Notes: generated by a model not told the origin, from the letters alone. Numbered from the stretch's first letter, positions 9,544-21,489 are shown. The stretch: DNA of 64,000 nt from Myxococcota bacterium (GCA_049322255.1 JBMORE010000133.1:1-64000), one strand, 5' to 3'. Made by a program: numbers and translations.

Positions 9544-12500
9544 ATGCGCATTCGCCGTCTGGACATCACCGGCTTCAAGTCGTTCATGGACCGGTCGGTC
9601 TTCACCTTCGACGACGGAGTGACGGGCATCGTCGGCCCCAACGGGTGCGGCAAGTCGAACGTGGTCGACGCCATTCGTTGGGTGATGGGCGAGCAGAGCG
9701 CGAAGAACCTGCGCGGCCGGGGCATGGAAGACGTCATCTTCAACGGCTCGGAGCTGCACGCGCCGCTGTCCATGTCCGAGGTGACGCTCACCTTCAAGGT
9801 GGACGAGGGAGATCTATTGGCGCCGCAGTACGTGGGGCTGCCCGAGGTGAGCGTGACGCGCCGGTTGTTCCGCAGCGGCGAGTCGGAATATCTGATCAAC
9901 AAGACCACGTGCCGGCTGCTCGACGTCACCGAGCTGTTTTTGGGCACTGGGGTCGGTACCCGGGCGTACTCGATCATCGAGCAGGGGCGGGTGGGAATGA
10001 TCGTCTCCGCCAAGCCCGAGGAGCGGCGCGCGTTCATCGAAGAGGCGGCGGGCGTCACCAAGTACAAGGCACGCCGCAAGGCCGCCGAGCGGAAGATGGA
10101 GTACACGCAGCAAAACCTGCTGCGGGTCACCGATCTGGTGGGGGAGCTGGAGCGGCGTTTGGACTCGCTCCAGCGTCAGGCGAAGAAGGCGGAGAAGTAC
10201 AAGAAGCTCAAAGCGGAGATGCGCGAAATCGAGCTGCACTCCGCCAGCCACCGCTTCCTCGAGCTGCACGCCGAGCGCAAGGTGCTGGAGGCCCGGCTTT
10301 CGAGCTTGGGCTCGGAGGAGAAAGAGGCTCTCGCCCACGTCCACGCGCTGGAAGACTCGATTGCCGCCCGCCGCGCCGCGCTCGAGGTCCACAGCGCCGA
10401 GTTGGAGTCTTTGGCCACCGAGGTGCACCTGGGCGAAAGCCAGGCGCAGCTCGACGAGCAGAACCTCGTTCACTGGAAGGCCGACGCCGAGGGTACGGCC
10501 CGGCGCATCGACGAGGCGGCGAACGAGGTGGGGCAGCTGGAGGAGCGCGCCCAGCAGCTGCGCTTTCAGATTTCCACCCGCGAAGAGGAGCAACGCGCGC
10601 TCGGTGCCTCTCAGAAGGAAGACGAGGTCGCGCTGCACGTCCTCCAGGAGGAGCTGCGGCGGGTCACTGCGTTGCAAGCGGAGCTTGCCCAGCACCTCGA
10701 CGAGGAGCGCGGCCTGTTGGTGGAGCTCGCCGGCAAGCTCGCCAACCACGAATCGAACTTGAGCAACCTCGCCCGCCGCAAGGGGGAGCTGGAGGCGCGA
10801 CGGTCGAAGCTTTCCGCAGAGGCCGAGGGGCTTGCGGAGGAGGAGCGGAGGCTGTCGCGCCTGCGCGATGAGGTGGTCGACCGGGTGGGGCAACTTCGGC
10901 AGAGCGCGCTCGACCTGGCGGCGAGGAAGGGGCAGGAGGAAGAGGCGCTGGTGAAGACCCGCGAGGCCTTCGCCGAGAACGAGATTCAAGTCATCTGTCT
11001 GCGCGAGGAGCTGGCCGACAAGCGCAGCCGCCTCACCTCGCTGTGGGAGATTCAGAAAAACTACGAGGGCTATGACCGCGGGGTGCGCGCGGTGATGCTC
11101 AAGGCCGGCGAGCAAATGCGCAAGAGCGGCATCTTCGGGTTGGTGGCCGACGTGCTGTCCGCGCCGCCCGAGTACGAGAAGGCGATCGAGGCCGCGCTGG
11201 GTGAGAAGCTGCAGCACGTGATCGTCGAGAGCCGCCACCAGGCACTCAAGTGGGTCGAAGAGCTGCGCTCGGTGTCCGAAGGGCGCTCGTCCTTCCTTCC
11301 TTTACCCGCGCCCAGGGAGGGTGGGCTCGCCGACGTCGACTTGAACGTGCCCGGGGCGATCGCTCCGGCTTGGCGCGAGGTGAAGTGCGAAGAGGCGCTC
11401 ACCCCGGTGGTGCAGGCGCTCTTGGGCGACGTGCTGATCGTGCGCGACTTGGAGGTCGCCCGCACCTACCCGCCGCAGGAACGCCCGGTGACCCTGGTCA
11501 CCTTGGAGGGCGAGGTCTTGCGTGCCGACGGCTCGGTGACCGGCGGGGTGCTCGAGGGGCCGGCGGTAGGAGCGCTGCAGAAGAAGCGGGAGATTTCCGA
11601 GCTCACCGAAGAGGTCGCCCGGGTCGAGGCGCGGTACAACGACATCGTTACCCGCCACTACTCGTTGCAGAAGCAGATGGGGCACAGCGAGGGCGTGCTC
11701 AAGGGGCTGGCCAAGCACCAGCACGCCGAAGAGCTGAGCTTGGCGACCCAGGAGAAGGACCTGCACAAGGCGGGAGAGGATCTCTCCAAGCTGCGCGAGC
11801 GCATCGCCGTGCTCGAGCTGGAAAAGGCGCAGATGGCCGAGGGGCTGGCCGCGCTGGCGGTCGAGGAGGAGGCGGCCCGGGGCGAGCTGGTGTTTGGGCA
11901 GACCGATCGGGACGGCCGCGAGGAGCGGGTGCGTCAGATGGCGCTCGAAGTGGAGACGCTCAAGGCGAAGGGAAGCTCGCTCACCGACGAGCTCACCGCG
12001 CTCCGGGTGAAGGTGGCCGCGGCGGGGGAGAAGGCGGAGGCTGCGAAAAAAGAGGTGGAGCAGCTCGTCACGCAAGGGGTGGAGGTCGACGAGCGGCTGG
12101 CCAAGTTGGGCGAGCTGGTGAGCGAAGGGAGCCACCACCTGGAAGAGCTCCACGCGCGCACGGCCCAGACGGAGCTTGCCCGGGAGGAGCGCGCCGGCCA
12201 GCTGGCCCAGCGAAAGGCCGAGCTCGAGGCCAAGCGTGCGGCCTACGCCGATGGACAGGCCCAGGTGCGCGAGGAGGACGGGGCTGTGCGTGAGCTGCGC
12301 GGCAAGCTCGATGGGCTCGCCCAGGGGCTGTCGCAGATTTCTTTGCGCGAAAGAGAGCTCACCTTGGAGCTCGAGCACCTGTTGACGCAGACTTTCGAGC
12401 GCCATCAGACCGAGCTTGCCCACGAGCTGCACCGGTTCCATCTCTTGCCCTCGCTCCCCAAGGAGACGGAGCTACGGCTCAAGGACTTGCGGGCGCAAGT

Positions 12501-13134
12501 GGAGCGGATGGGGGAGGTGAACCTCACCGCCATCGAGGAGCACCAGGAGATTTCCACCCGCTACGAGTTCCTCGCCACGCAAAAACGCGATCTCGAGTCG
12601 TCGCTGGCCCAGCTCAAGGCGGCAATCGTCAAGATCGACAAGACCAGCCGCGAGCGCTTCTCCCAGACCTTCGAAGTGGTGAACGAGAAGTTCCAACAGA
12701 TCTTCCCTCGTCTGTTCGGCGGCGGGCGCGCCGGGTTGGTGCTCACCGAGGACCCCGCGGGGGGCGAGCCGGGGGTGGAGATCGTCGCCCAGCCCCCGGG
12801 CAAGAAGCTGCAGAGCGTGACCTTACTTTCCGGCGGGGAGAAGGCGCTCACCGCGGTGGCGCTCATCTTCGCCATCTTCCTCATCAAGCCCACCCCGTTC
12901 TGCCTGCTCGACGAGGTGGACGCTCCGCTCGACGAGGCCAACGTTGGCCGCTACAACGAGATGGTGCGCGAGATGGCCAAGCAGTCGCAGTTCATCCTCA
13001 TCACCCACAACAAGCGGACGATGGAGGTCGTGGACACGCTCTACGGGGTGACGATGGAGGAGCCGGGCGTCTCCAAGCTGGTCTCGGTGAAGATGCACGA
13101 GGCGGTCGCCGCCAACACCGACCAGGTGGCTTAA
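9544..13134 (+). CDS. smc: Chromosome segregation protein SMC
   Basis: GFKSF, Walker A GPNGCGKSN, long coiled coils, hinge (GIFGLVADV...GSVTGG), LSGGEK signature and LLDEVDAPLD. Confidence 0.98.
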   Translation: MRIRRLDITGFKSFMDRSVFTFDDGVTGIVGPNGCGKSNVVDAIRWVMGEQSAKNLRGRGMEDVIFNGSELHAPLSMSEVTLTFKVDEGDLLAPQYVGLPEVSVTRRLFRSGESEYLINKTTCRLLDVTELFLGTGVGTRAYSIIEQGRVGMIVSAKPEERRAFIEEAAGVTKYKARRKAAERKMEYTQQNLLRVTDLVGELERRLDSLQRQAKKAEKYKKLKAEMREIELHSASHRFLELHAERKVLEARLSSLGSEEKEALAHVHALEDSIAARRAALEVHSAELESLATEVHLGESQAQLDEQNLVHWKADAEGTARRIDEAANEVGQLEERAQQLRFQISTREEEQRALGASQKEDEVALHVLQEELRRVTALQAELAQHLDEERGLLVELAGKLANHESNLSNLARRKGELEARRSKLSAEAEGLAEEERRLSRLRDEVVDRVGQLRQSALDLAARKGQEEEALVKTREAFAENEIQVICLREELADKRSRLTSLWEIQKNYEGYDRGVRAVMLKAGEQMRKSGIFGLVADVLSAPPEYEKAIEAALGEKLQHVIVESRHQALKWVEELRSVSEGRSSFLPLPAPREGGLADVDLNVPGAIAPAWREVKCEEALTPVVQALLGDVLIVRDLEVARTYPPQERPVTLVTLEGEVLRADGSVTGGVLEGPAVGALQKKREISELTEEVARVEARYNDIVTRHYSLQKQMGHSEGVLKGLAKHQHAEELSLATQEKDLHKAGEDLSKLRERIAVLELEKAQMAEGLAALAVEEEAARGELVFGQTDRDGREERVRQMALEVETLKAKGSSLTDELTALRVKVAAAGEKAEAAKKEVEQLVTQGVEVDERLAKLGELVSEGSHHLEELHARTAQTELAREERAGQLAQRKAELEAKRAAYADGQAQVREEDGAVRELRGKLDGLAQGLSQISLRERELTLELEHLLTQTFERHQTELAHELHRFHLLPSLPKETELRLKDLRAQVERMGEVNLTAIEEHQEISTRYEFLATQKRDLESSLAQLKAAIVKIDKTSRERFSQTFEVVNEKFQQIFPRLFGGGRAGLVLTEDPAGGEPGVEIVAQPPGKKLQSVTLLSGGEKALTAVALIFAIFLIKPTPFCLLDEVDAPLDEANVGRYNEMVREMAKQSQFILITHNKRTMEVVDTLYGVTMEEPGVSKLVSVKMHEAVAANTDQVA

Positions 13135-13144
13135 AGAGCTGGCT

Positions 13145-14371
13145 CTACCACGGGTGCCACGGCACCGCGCGCAATTGGGGGCGCAAGGCGAGCGGTCGAG
13201 AGACATTGCAAGCCAACGCTCCTTTCGCACTTGCGCCGGCGAGGTCCAACCAACGGGAAAGTCCATTCGCATGGTACGGGGTCGGTGTGGACGTCGCCTT
13301 GACCTCGAGGCCGTAGAGTTGGCCTCCTCGTTCGATGACGAGATCCACCTCGTCACCTGCGCTCGAGCGCCAGAAGGTCAGCGGGGGCTGCTCACCATTC
13401 TGGCGAAACAGTTTGACCCATTCGGCGACGACAGCCGTTTCGACGAGCGCGCCCGCTGAGGCACTCTGAAGCGCGGCCTCGGCCGAATGAATACCCGTGA
13501 GGTAGGTCACCAGCCCCGTGTCGAGGAGATATAGCTTCGGGCTTTTGACGAGGCGCTTGCCGAAACTGGCGTGATGTGGACGCAAAAGATAGACGAGCTG
13601 GCTGGCCTCGAGAACCGAAAGCCAGCTCTTAGCTGTTGGCCCCGTGACGCCGGCGTCCCGGCCGAGGTCGGCCATGTTGAGCAGGGTGCCGCTGCGCGCC
13701 GCTACCAACCCCAAGAAGCGCCCAAAGGAGCGCAGGTCTCCGACCCGTAAAAGGTCGCGCACGTCCCGTTCGAGGTACGTTTGCACGTAGCTCGAGAGCC
13801 AAAGGTGGCGGTCCGCTCTGGGATGGAGCCTGATCTCGGGAAACCCTCCGCGCAAGAGCCAGTCCGCGAGCGCCTTGCGGCCGGCGCGCACCTTGGTGGG
13901 AGCCGCTTTTCCACCGAAGATTCGGCTCAGGCACTCGTCAACGTCGAGCGCTCCTATGCCGAGAGTTTCGGAAACCGAAAACGGGTCGAGCGTGAGCACG
14001 GCAATTCGCCCTGCCAACGTCTGACTCACATCGCGCATGAGCGCCAGCGTCTGCGAACCGGTGAGAAGCCAGCGGCCGGGCCGGCGGTCTGAGTCGATCC
14101 AGTCCTTGAGGTAGTGGAGCAGCTCGGGGGCGCGCTGAATCTCGTCGAGGATGAGCGGGGGAGGGTTCTCTTCGAAAAACCCGAGCGGGTCAGCCAGTGC
14201 CCGCGCCCGGACGTCGGGGCGCTCGAGCGACAAGTAGCGGTGGGTGGACGAGAACCGCTCACGCAACAGGGTCGTCTTACCCGTCTGGCGCGCACCCGTC
14301 AGGAGCACCGCGGGGAAGGTGCGCACCGCACGGCGCAGTGTCGGCTCCAGCGATCGCGAAACGAACGCCAT
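13145..14371 (-). CDS. AAA_14 ATPase with C-terminal DUF4143
   Basis: Motifs GARQTGKTT, LDEIQRAP, LTGSQ, GGFPE, KSPKLYLLDTGL and EVDLVIE...LEVK (PD-(D/E)xK-like). Confidence 0.92.
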   Translation of the reverse strand: MAFVSRSLEPTLRRAVRTFPAVLLTGARQTGKTTLLRERFSSTHRYLSLERPDVRARALADPLGFFEENPPPLILDEIQRAPELLHYLKDWIDSDRRPGRWLLTGSQTLALMRDVSQTLAGRIAVLTLDPFSVSETLGIGALDVDECLSRIFGGKAAPTKVRAGRKALADWLLRGGFPEIRLHPRADRHLWLSSYVQTYLERDVRDLLRVGDLRSFGRFLGLVAARSGTLLNMADLGRDAGVTGPTAKSWLSVLEASQLVYLLRPHHASFGKRLVKSPKLYLLDTGLVTYLTGIHSAEAALQSASAGALVETAVVAEWVKLFRQNGEQPPLTFWRSSAGDEVDLVIERGGQLYGLEVKATSTPTPYHANGLSRWLDLAGASAKGALACNVSRPLALRPQLRAVPWHPW

Positions 14372-14438
14372 GTCCCAAAGTAGTCTTCATGCAAATCTAA
14401 AATCAAACTTTCATTTTACACCTACCAGGTGGCTTGAT

Positions 14439-14909
14439 TCACAGCGCCGGTGGGGTGGGGGTGGGCGCCGGCTCCGGACGGAGCAGCTGAGGCGGCATAT
14501 CCGGGGTGAAGCGAAGCCCGGAGGCGGCAGCGCGGTTCCCTAGCCGGACGAGGGTGGGCATTCCCCACACGGCAAGAACCCTGTTGAGCACGATGAAGAA
14601 TGCTCCCGTGAGGGCGTTGAACCGGGTCCACGAGACTTTCGCCTGCGCCAGAGCCGAGAAGCCTCCGGAAGAGACGAACAGCAAGACTCCTACAGCGTCG
14701 ATAGCCAGGTGGCTCGCCGCGACGAGCTTCCAGTCGACCGGGTGGTAGGGATTTGATGGCAGCGCGTACGCAGCGCTTACCGCTGGAAGCAGTGCGCCGA
14801 GAAGGCCTGCAACGAGGGCCGAGCGGGGGGTTCGCGGGCTCCGCCGTCGCCGCGGGCGCTGAGGGGTTGGGCGAGGCGGAGTTGTTACCATGGATGCCAT
14901 GGCACGCAC
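14439..14909 (-). CDS. Hypothetical membrane protein
   Basis: The ORF has about three hydrophobic segments. There is no recognisable motif and the start is uncertain. Confidence 0.4.
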   Translation of the reverse strand: MRAMASMVTTPPRPTPQRPRRRRSPRTPRSALVAGLLGALLPAVSAAYALPSNPYHPVDWKLVAASHLAIDAVGVLLFVSSGGFSALAQAKVSWTRFNALTGAFFIVLNRVLAVWGMPTLVRLGNRAAASGLRFTPDMPPQLLRPEPAPTPTPPAL

Positions 14910-14941
14910 CCGAGTAGATGCCTCCCGTAAGGGCCTCTCGG

Positions 14942-14989
14942 TTGCCTTCGACGCCGGGCGACCTTAAACTAGTCAGGTAACTAGTCAGG
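14942..14989 (+). promoter_or_regulatory. Sigma70-like promoter and tandem operator of the phd-vapC pair
   Basis: TTGCCT(14942-47)-17 nt-TAAACT(14965-70). Direct repeat AACTAGTCAGG at 14967 and 14979, each containing the palindrome ACTAGT. Confidence 0.65.
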
Positions 14990-14994
14990 AGAAG

Positions 14995-15264
14995 ATGATG
15001 CGCGAGCCCAAGCGTTGGCCAGTTCAAGATGCGAAGGCGCGATTCAGCGAGCTGCTAGAAGCCTCGACCGCTGAAGGCCCACAAATCGTCACCCGGCGCG
15101 GGGAAGAGACCGCTGTCGTCTTACCAATCGATGAATGGCGTCGCTTGGAGAGGGCGTCCCGGCCTGAGCTCAAGGAACTACTTCTTTCAGAGGAAGCGCG
15201 CGGTGACCTTCCCATTCCAAAGCGCGGCCGCCGACGACGCCGATTGCTCGCTCGCTTGGACTGA
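14995..15264 (+). CDS. Phd/YefM family antitoxin
   Basis: WPVQDAKARFSELL...GPQIVTRRGEETAVV. Confidence 0.92.
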   Translation: MMREPKRWPVQDAKARFSELLEASTAEGPQIVTRRGEETAVVLPIDEWRRLERASRPELKELLLSEEARGDLPIPKRGRRRRRLLARLD

Positions 15265-15276
15265 GGAGCTTCGGGC

Positions 15277-15690
15277 ATGTACTTGCTCGACACGTACGTC
15301 GTTTCTGAGCTGCGCCGCCTTCGACCTCATGGTGCGGTCGTCAGTTGGATAAAGAAGGTCCAGGAAGATCAGCTGTTTCTCTCGGCGGTTACGGTTGGCG
15401 AGATTCAGTCCGGAATTGAAATCACGCGCGGGCGGGATTCCACCCGAGCTGTAGAGCTGGAAAAGTGGCTCGAGCGGGTCGAGCGCACCTACGCCGTGTT
15501 ACCCATGGATGCCGCAGCATTCCGCGTTTGGGCCAAGCTGATGCACAACCGTTCGGATGACCATCTCGAGGACGGCATGATCGCCGCAACAGCCCTCGTC
15601 CACAGGTTGACCGTGGTGACCCGCAACGTGCGCGACTTTCAATCCTTTGAGGTACGGACCTTGGACCCGTTCAAGACCGGCCGCACTTAG
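15277..15690 (+). CDS. vapC: VapC/PIN-domain toxin
   Basis: Motifs YLLDTYVVSE, LSAVTVGEI, DGMIAATAL and VTRNVRDF. Confidence 0.92.
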   Translation: MYLLDTYVVSELRRLRPHGAVVSWIKKVQEDQLFLSAVTVGEIQSGIEITRGRDSTRAVELEKWLERVERTYAVLPMDAAAFRVWAKLMHNRSDDHLEDGMIAATALVHRLTVVTRNVRDFQSFEVRTLDPFKTGRT

Positions 15691-15778
15691 TTCGCATCCT
15701 ACATCTCGTATGCGCTCGTAGATCGAATCGGCGGGTCGTGCGTTTGGGTGCTTCGTTCTCGAACCTAAAGGAGCCTCC

Positions 15779-16677
15779 ATGAAGTCGACCCTTCGTTCGT
15801 TGCTCATCGGCGCCGCGCTTTTCACGCAGCCCGTTCTTGCTGGCGCGCCGGTGCCCTCCGCCGAGCGGGTAGCGCCGGTGGCCGCCGCGCCCAAGGTGCA
15901 GATCGCCCTCCTGCTCGACACCTCGGGCAGCATGGACGGCCTCCTTCACCAGGCGAAGGAGCAGCTGTGGCGCATCGTCAACACCTTCGCCACCGCCAAA
16001 CACGAGGAAAGGCGGCCGGTGCTGGAGATTGCACTCTACGAGTACGGCAAGTCCTCTCTGGCGCGCGAGGCGGGTTTCATCCGCCAGATTGTCCCGCTCA
16101 CCCAGGACCTCGACCGCGTCTCGGAGCAGCTGTTCGCCCTCACCACCAACGGCGGCGACGAGTACTGCGGCCAGGTGATTTCCAAGGCCGTGCAGCAGCT
16201 CTCCTGGAGCCGATCGGCCAAGGACCTAAAGCTCATCTACATCGCCGGCAACGAGCCCTTCACCCAAGGGCCGGTGGACTACCGCAAGGCGGTGAAGACG
16301 GCGGTGGAGAAGGGCATCACCGTGAATACCATTCACTGCGGGCCGGAGAGGGACGGGGTCCAGGGCGGCTGGCGGGACGGTGCGGTGCTGGCCGACGGCA
16401 GCTTCATGACCATCGACCAGAACGCGCGCATCGCCCACGTCGAGGCGCCCCAGGACAAGGAAATCGCTCGGCTGGGCATCGAGCTGAACAAAACCTACAT
16501 CGGGTATGGCGCCGCGGCCCCGGCGGCGGCGGAACGCCAGGCCCGGCAAGACGCGAACGCCCAGGGGCTCTCTTTGGGTAGCTCCACCCAGCGCGCGCTC
16601 TCCAAGTCCTCCGCCTTCTACGACAACTCAGGCTGGGACTTGGTCGACGGCACCAAGAAGGGGAAGGTGAAGCTGGA
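15779..16677 (+). CDS. Secreted vWA-domain protein (3' end lost in the gap)
   Basis: Signal peptide, MIDAS motif LLLDTSGSM and TNGGDEYCG. The ORF runs into the N-run. Confidence 0.85.
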
Positions 16678-16777
16678 NNNNNNNNNNNNNNNNNNNNNNN
16701 NNNNNNNNNNNNNNNNNNNNNNNNNNNNNNNNNNNNNNNNNNNNNNNNNNNNNNNNNNNNNNNNNNNNNNNNNNNNN
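16678..16777. other. Assembly gap (100 N)
   Basis: N-run in the sequence. Confidence 1.
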
Positions 16778-17640
16778 TCGGCGCGGAAGCGGTTGGCGCG
16801 CACCTCTTCGTCGAGGTTCCGGTGGGTGGAGGCGATGATGCGCACGTCGAGCCGGCGCGGCTGATTCTCCCCGGGCCGAACCAGCTCGTGTGTCTCGAGC
16901 ACGCGCAAAAGCTTGGGCTGGAGGGCCTGGGGCAGCTCTCCCACCTCGTCGAGGAACACCATGCCGCCCTGCGCCGCTTCGAACACCCCCGGGATGCCTT
17001 CCTTGGCGTCACCGAACAGCTCACGCTCGGCGGCCTCTTCGGTGATGAGGTTGCAATCCACCACCCGAAAGGGGCCACCGCGCCTGTCGGAGTGGGCGTG
17101 CACCGCGCGGGCGGCCAGCTCCTTCCCCGTGCCGGTCTCTCCTTCGATGAGCAGGCTCAACCCGCCCTTGGCGGCGCGGCGAAGCTCCGCGAACACCACC
17201 CGCATCGCCTCCGAGCCGCCCACCAGCTCGCCGAAAGACTCGCCGCCGTCGAGCTCGACCTGGGTGCCCTTGGTCTGTTGTTTCAAGGCCAACTTCGTCT
17301 TGCCCAGCGTCGCCTTGTCGCCGGGCTCGAGGTAGGCCTGTAGCACTTGCCGGCCGTCGACGAAGGTGCCGTTTCGGCTGCCGACGTCTCGCAGGAGCAG
17401 CCCGCCGGGAGTGCGTTCGATTTCCAGGTGGCGCCGGCTGACCGTCGAGTCGGTGAGCACCAGGTCGTTGGTGGGGTCGCTGCCGATGCGGATGAGGCTC
17501 CCCAGGGTGGTCACTTTGCGGCCCTGGTCGGGGCCCGCTTCCACCTCCACCGTCCATTCGCGCAGCTCGACGCGCGACGGTTTAGGCGCCGCGACCGATT
17601 CGGTCACTTCGGGGTCGTCGTAGTTCATGTAAGTTGCCAT
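16778..17640 (-). CDS. FHA-domain enhancer-binding-protein-like AAA+ regulator (3' end lost in the gap)
   Basis: FHA motifs IGSD..VSRRH..GSRNGT. AAA+ motifs GETGTGKE, FLDEVGEL and KLLRVLE. The GAFTGA loop is absent. Confidence 0.88.
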
Positions 17641-17695
17641 CGCCTTTTAGACCATGACCCACGAGAGTAGAACCCGAAGGAGCGTTCGCTAAGAC

Positions 17696-18109
17696 GTGGA
17701 GGAACTGGGCGGCTACCGCGAGCTCGACTGGGCGGCACGCGTGCTGGGAAACCTCGTCTTCTTGGGGGTGCTCTTTCTCACCGCCCTGTTGGAGCGGCTG
17801 CAGCTTCAGCTCAAAGCCACGGAGGCCTCGCGGTGGTGGGCGTCCAACGGCCGCGACGTGGTGAACGCCTTTGCCTTCGGGGCGATGTGGTTGGGGCTCA
17901 AGGTGATCGGCTTCACCGGCCCCATCGCCTTGGCGATCGCCGCGACTTTGGTGGTGGCGATGAGCGTGGTGCAGTCGTCGCTGGCCAAGTACCCGCGGCT
18001 GTCGACCGCGCTGGCGCTGGGGCTGACCCTGGCGGTGGGGCTGCCGGTCATCTTGGTGCCCAACTTCGTACATGGGGTGTTTCGGTGGGTGATCGAGGGG
18101 TTGTTTTGA
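17696..18109 (+). CDS. Hypothetical membrane protein (about four TM segments)
   Basis: Hydrophobic ORF with strong GC3 bias and a GTG start. Confidence 0.7.
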   Translation: MEELGGYRELDWAARVLGNLVFLGVLFLTALLERLQLQLKATEASRWWASNGRDVVNAFAFGAMWLGLKVIGFTGPIALAIAATLVVAMSVVQSSLAKYPRLSTALALGLTLAVGLPVILVPNFVHGVFRWVIEGLF

Positions 18110-18119
18110 GTGTGGGGGT

Positions 18120-18153
18120 CCCTCACCCTTGCCTTCTCCCATGGGGAGAGGGG
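18120..18153 (+). repeat. BoxC/REP-like element, copy 3
   Basis: CCCTCACCCTTGCCTTCTCCCATGGGGAGAGGGG between convergent genes. Confidence 0.85.
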
Positions 18154-18155
18154 AA

Positions 18156-19205
18156 TTAGGGGAGGACGACTTCTTCGATCGCCCCGCTGGCGCGCCGAAC
18201 CTTCACTTGCGCCGGCACGGGCAGGTAGCGCAGCCGATCGAGCGCGCAGGGCAGCGCGGGTTGGCCGTCCACGGTGAGGAGGATGTCTCCCACCTGCACA
18301 TTGGCCTCCTCGGAGGAGCGGGTGACCACCAGGCCCCCTGGCAAGCGAGACCATTGGGTCGTCTCCGCCTCGGAAACCTCCGGGTTGGCGAAACGGGCCC
18401 GGTTTTGGGTGAGTAGCTCGGACTCGACGGGGTCCATGGTGGCGATCTGCAGCTCGAGCGAAGGACGGCCATCTTCTGCGTAAGTGAAGGCCGCCTTGGG
18501 GTTGAAGGCCACCGTGAAGGGAAGCTCTTTGGGCTCGTTGAGGGGGGCGGCGTGGTCCTCCAGCGCTTGGATGGCGGTGGTGGTGAGTCGCTCCATCAGG
18601 GCGGTGAGCTCTGGCGCCGGGTCGAACTCGCGCTCGGGAACTTCCGAGAACGGATCGACCACGGCCTCGCCGGTCAGCTCCACCACCACCTTCTGGCTGG
18701 AGGGGTGAAGGACTTCGACATGCCCCAGATAAATCGTCTCCTGCACCGCGGCCATCCCCACCGCCCGGCCCTTTCCGTCGTAGAGCTCTTTTTGGGCTGT
18801 GTGCACCCGTTTCTCCGCCCAGGGCCGCAGAACCATCGCCCGCTCGGGCCGAACCCCGCACGCGGGCAGCCGCGACACCACGCTGCTCGACGCCCAGGCG
18901 TTGTCGTCCTGAGGGCGAAAAACTTTGAACTCCGAAGGGCCGAAGAAGAACAGCCGGTCGTTGGCCGCCGCTTTGGCCGACTCGATGAGCCGGTGCGACA
19001 GCTCGAAGGAACGGTATGCCGGTTCGTCCCACCGAAAGCCGAACGGGTAGACCGCCACGGCCAACACGAGCAGCTCTCCCGGAAGGTCGACCCGCTTGGC
19101 CACGCCCGACTTGCAGCCGACGGCGGCGAGGCTGAGCGCGAGGAGGAAAAAGTGAATGCCGGCCCGCTCAGCCCGCCCGCGCTCGCGCACGCCCCCGGGC
19201 GCCAT
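18156..19205 (-). CDS. Putative lipoprotein with a PDZ-like C-terminus
   Basis: Lipobox LAAVGC. The C-terminal GLVV...VQVGDILLTVDGQP...VKVRR resembles PDZ. The start is uncertain. Confidence 0.65.
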   Translation of the reverse strand: MAPGGVRERGRAERAGIHFFLLALSLAAVGCKSGVAKRVDLPGELLVLAVAVYPFGFRWDEPAYRSFELSHRLIESAKAAANDRLFFFGPSEFKVFRPQDDNAWASSSVVSRLPACGVRPERAMVLRPWAEKRVHTAQKELYDGKGRAVGMAAVQETIYLGHVEVLHPSSQKVVVELTGEAVVDPFSEVPEREFDPAPELTALMERLTTTAIQALEDHAAPLNEPKELPFTVAFNPKAAFTYAEDGRPSLELQIATMDPVESELLTQNRARFANPEVSEAETTQWSRLPGGLVVTRSSEEANVQVGDILLTVDGQPALPCALDRLRYLPVPAQVKVRRASGAIEEVVLP

Positions 19206-19385
19206 GACGCGTGTCCACGGATCTTGTGACGGGTGGACGGGCGAACGGGCCGGCACTCGAGAGGTATTTTTAATCCACCTCCCCCAGGTCTCCAAGTCTC
19301 GAACGTGCGCCAATCAGCGGTCCAACCACCTGTAACCACTTGATTGTGCGTTGCGTTAATCCACAGGTTTCAACAGGTTGACCAT

Positions 19386-19423
19386 AAAAAAAACAGCCTC
19401 CAGCCTGCTCGGGCTGGAGGCTG
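19386..19423 (-). terminator. Rho-independent terminator of groESL
   Basis: 12-bp stem CAGCCTCCAGCC / GGCTGGAGGCTG followed by T8 on the minus strand. Confidence 0.9.
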
Positions 19424-19427
19424 CCTT

Positions 19428-19450
19428 GCCCTCTCCCAGGGGGAGAGGGG
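19428..19450 (+). repeat. BoxC/REP-like element, partial copy 4
   Basis: GCCCTCTCCCAGGGGGAGAGGGG (hairpin half only) between the groEL stop and the terminator. Confidence 0.7.
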
Positions 19451-19454
19451 ATGA

Positions 19455-21116
<1,662 letters not shown>

Positions 21117-21404
21117 CTACTCGATGACCCCGAGAACGTCCTCCTCGCGGAGGATGAGGTGGTCTTCGCCTTCGATCTTGATGTCGGTGCCGGCGTACTT
21201 GGAGAAGAGAATGGTGTCGCCCGCCTTCACGTCGAGCGGACGGACCTTGCCGTCCTCCATCACCTTGCCGTTGCCCACCGCGATCACCTTGGCGCGCAAG
21301 GGCTTCTCCTTGGCGGTGTCGGGGATGATGATGCCCCCCTTGGTCTTGTTCTCCTCCTCCTCCCGCTTCACGAGCATCCGATCCTGCAGAGGCCGAAACT
21401 TCAT
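21117..21404 (-). CDS. groES: Co-chaperonin GroES
   Basis: [29 protein letters not shown]. Confidence 0.99.
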   Translation of the reverse strand: MKFRPLQDRMLVKREEEENKTKGGIIIPDTAKEKPLRAKVIAVGNGKVMEDGKVRPLDVKAGDTILFSKYAGTDIKIEGEDHLILREEDVLGVIE

Positions 21405-21447
21405 CGCGTCACTCCTTCGTTGGTTTTTGGTTCGAAACGGCCACGGG

Positions 21448-21474
21448 TTAGCACTCGAATTGACCGAGTGCTAA
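21448..21474. promoter_or_regulatory. CIRCE element (HrcA operator), perfect consensus
   Basis: TTAGCACTC-GAATTGACC-GAGTGCTAA in the groES leader. Confidence 0.97.
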
Positions 21475-21489
21475 GCGTGAGCGGCGCGG

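Noticed and set aside
15779..17640. Apparent overlap of the vWA and FHA-EBP ORFs
   Set aside because: Both ORFs are read through the N gap, and their real 3' ends are missing.
19260..19385. DnaA-box-like TAATCCAC sequences in an AT-richer intergenic region
   Set aside because: There are only one or two mismatched boxes, no unwinding element and no dnaA/dnaN context, so this is not supportable as an origin.
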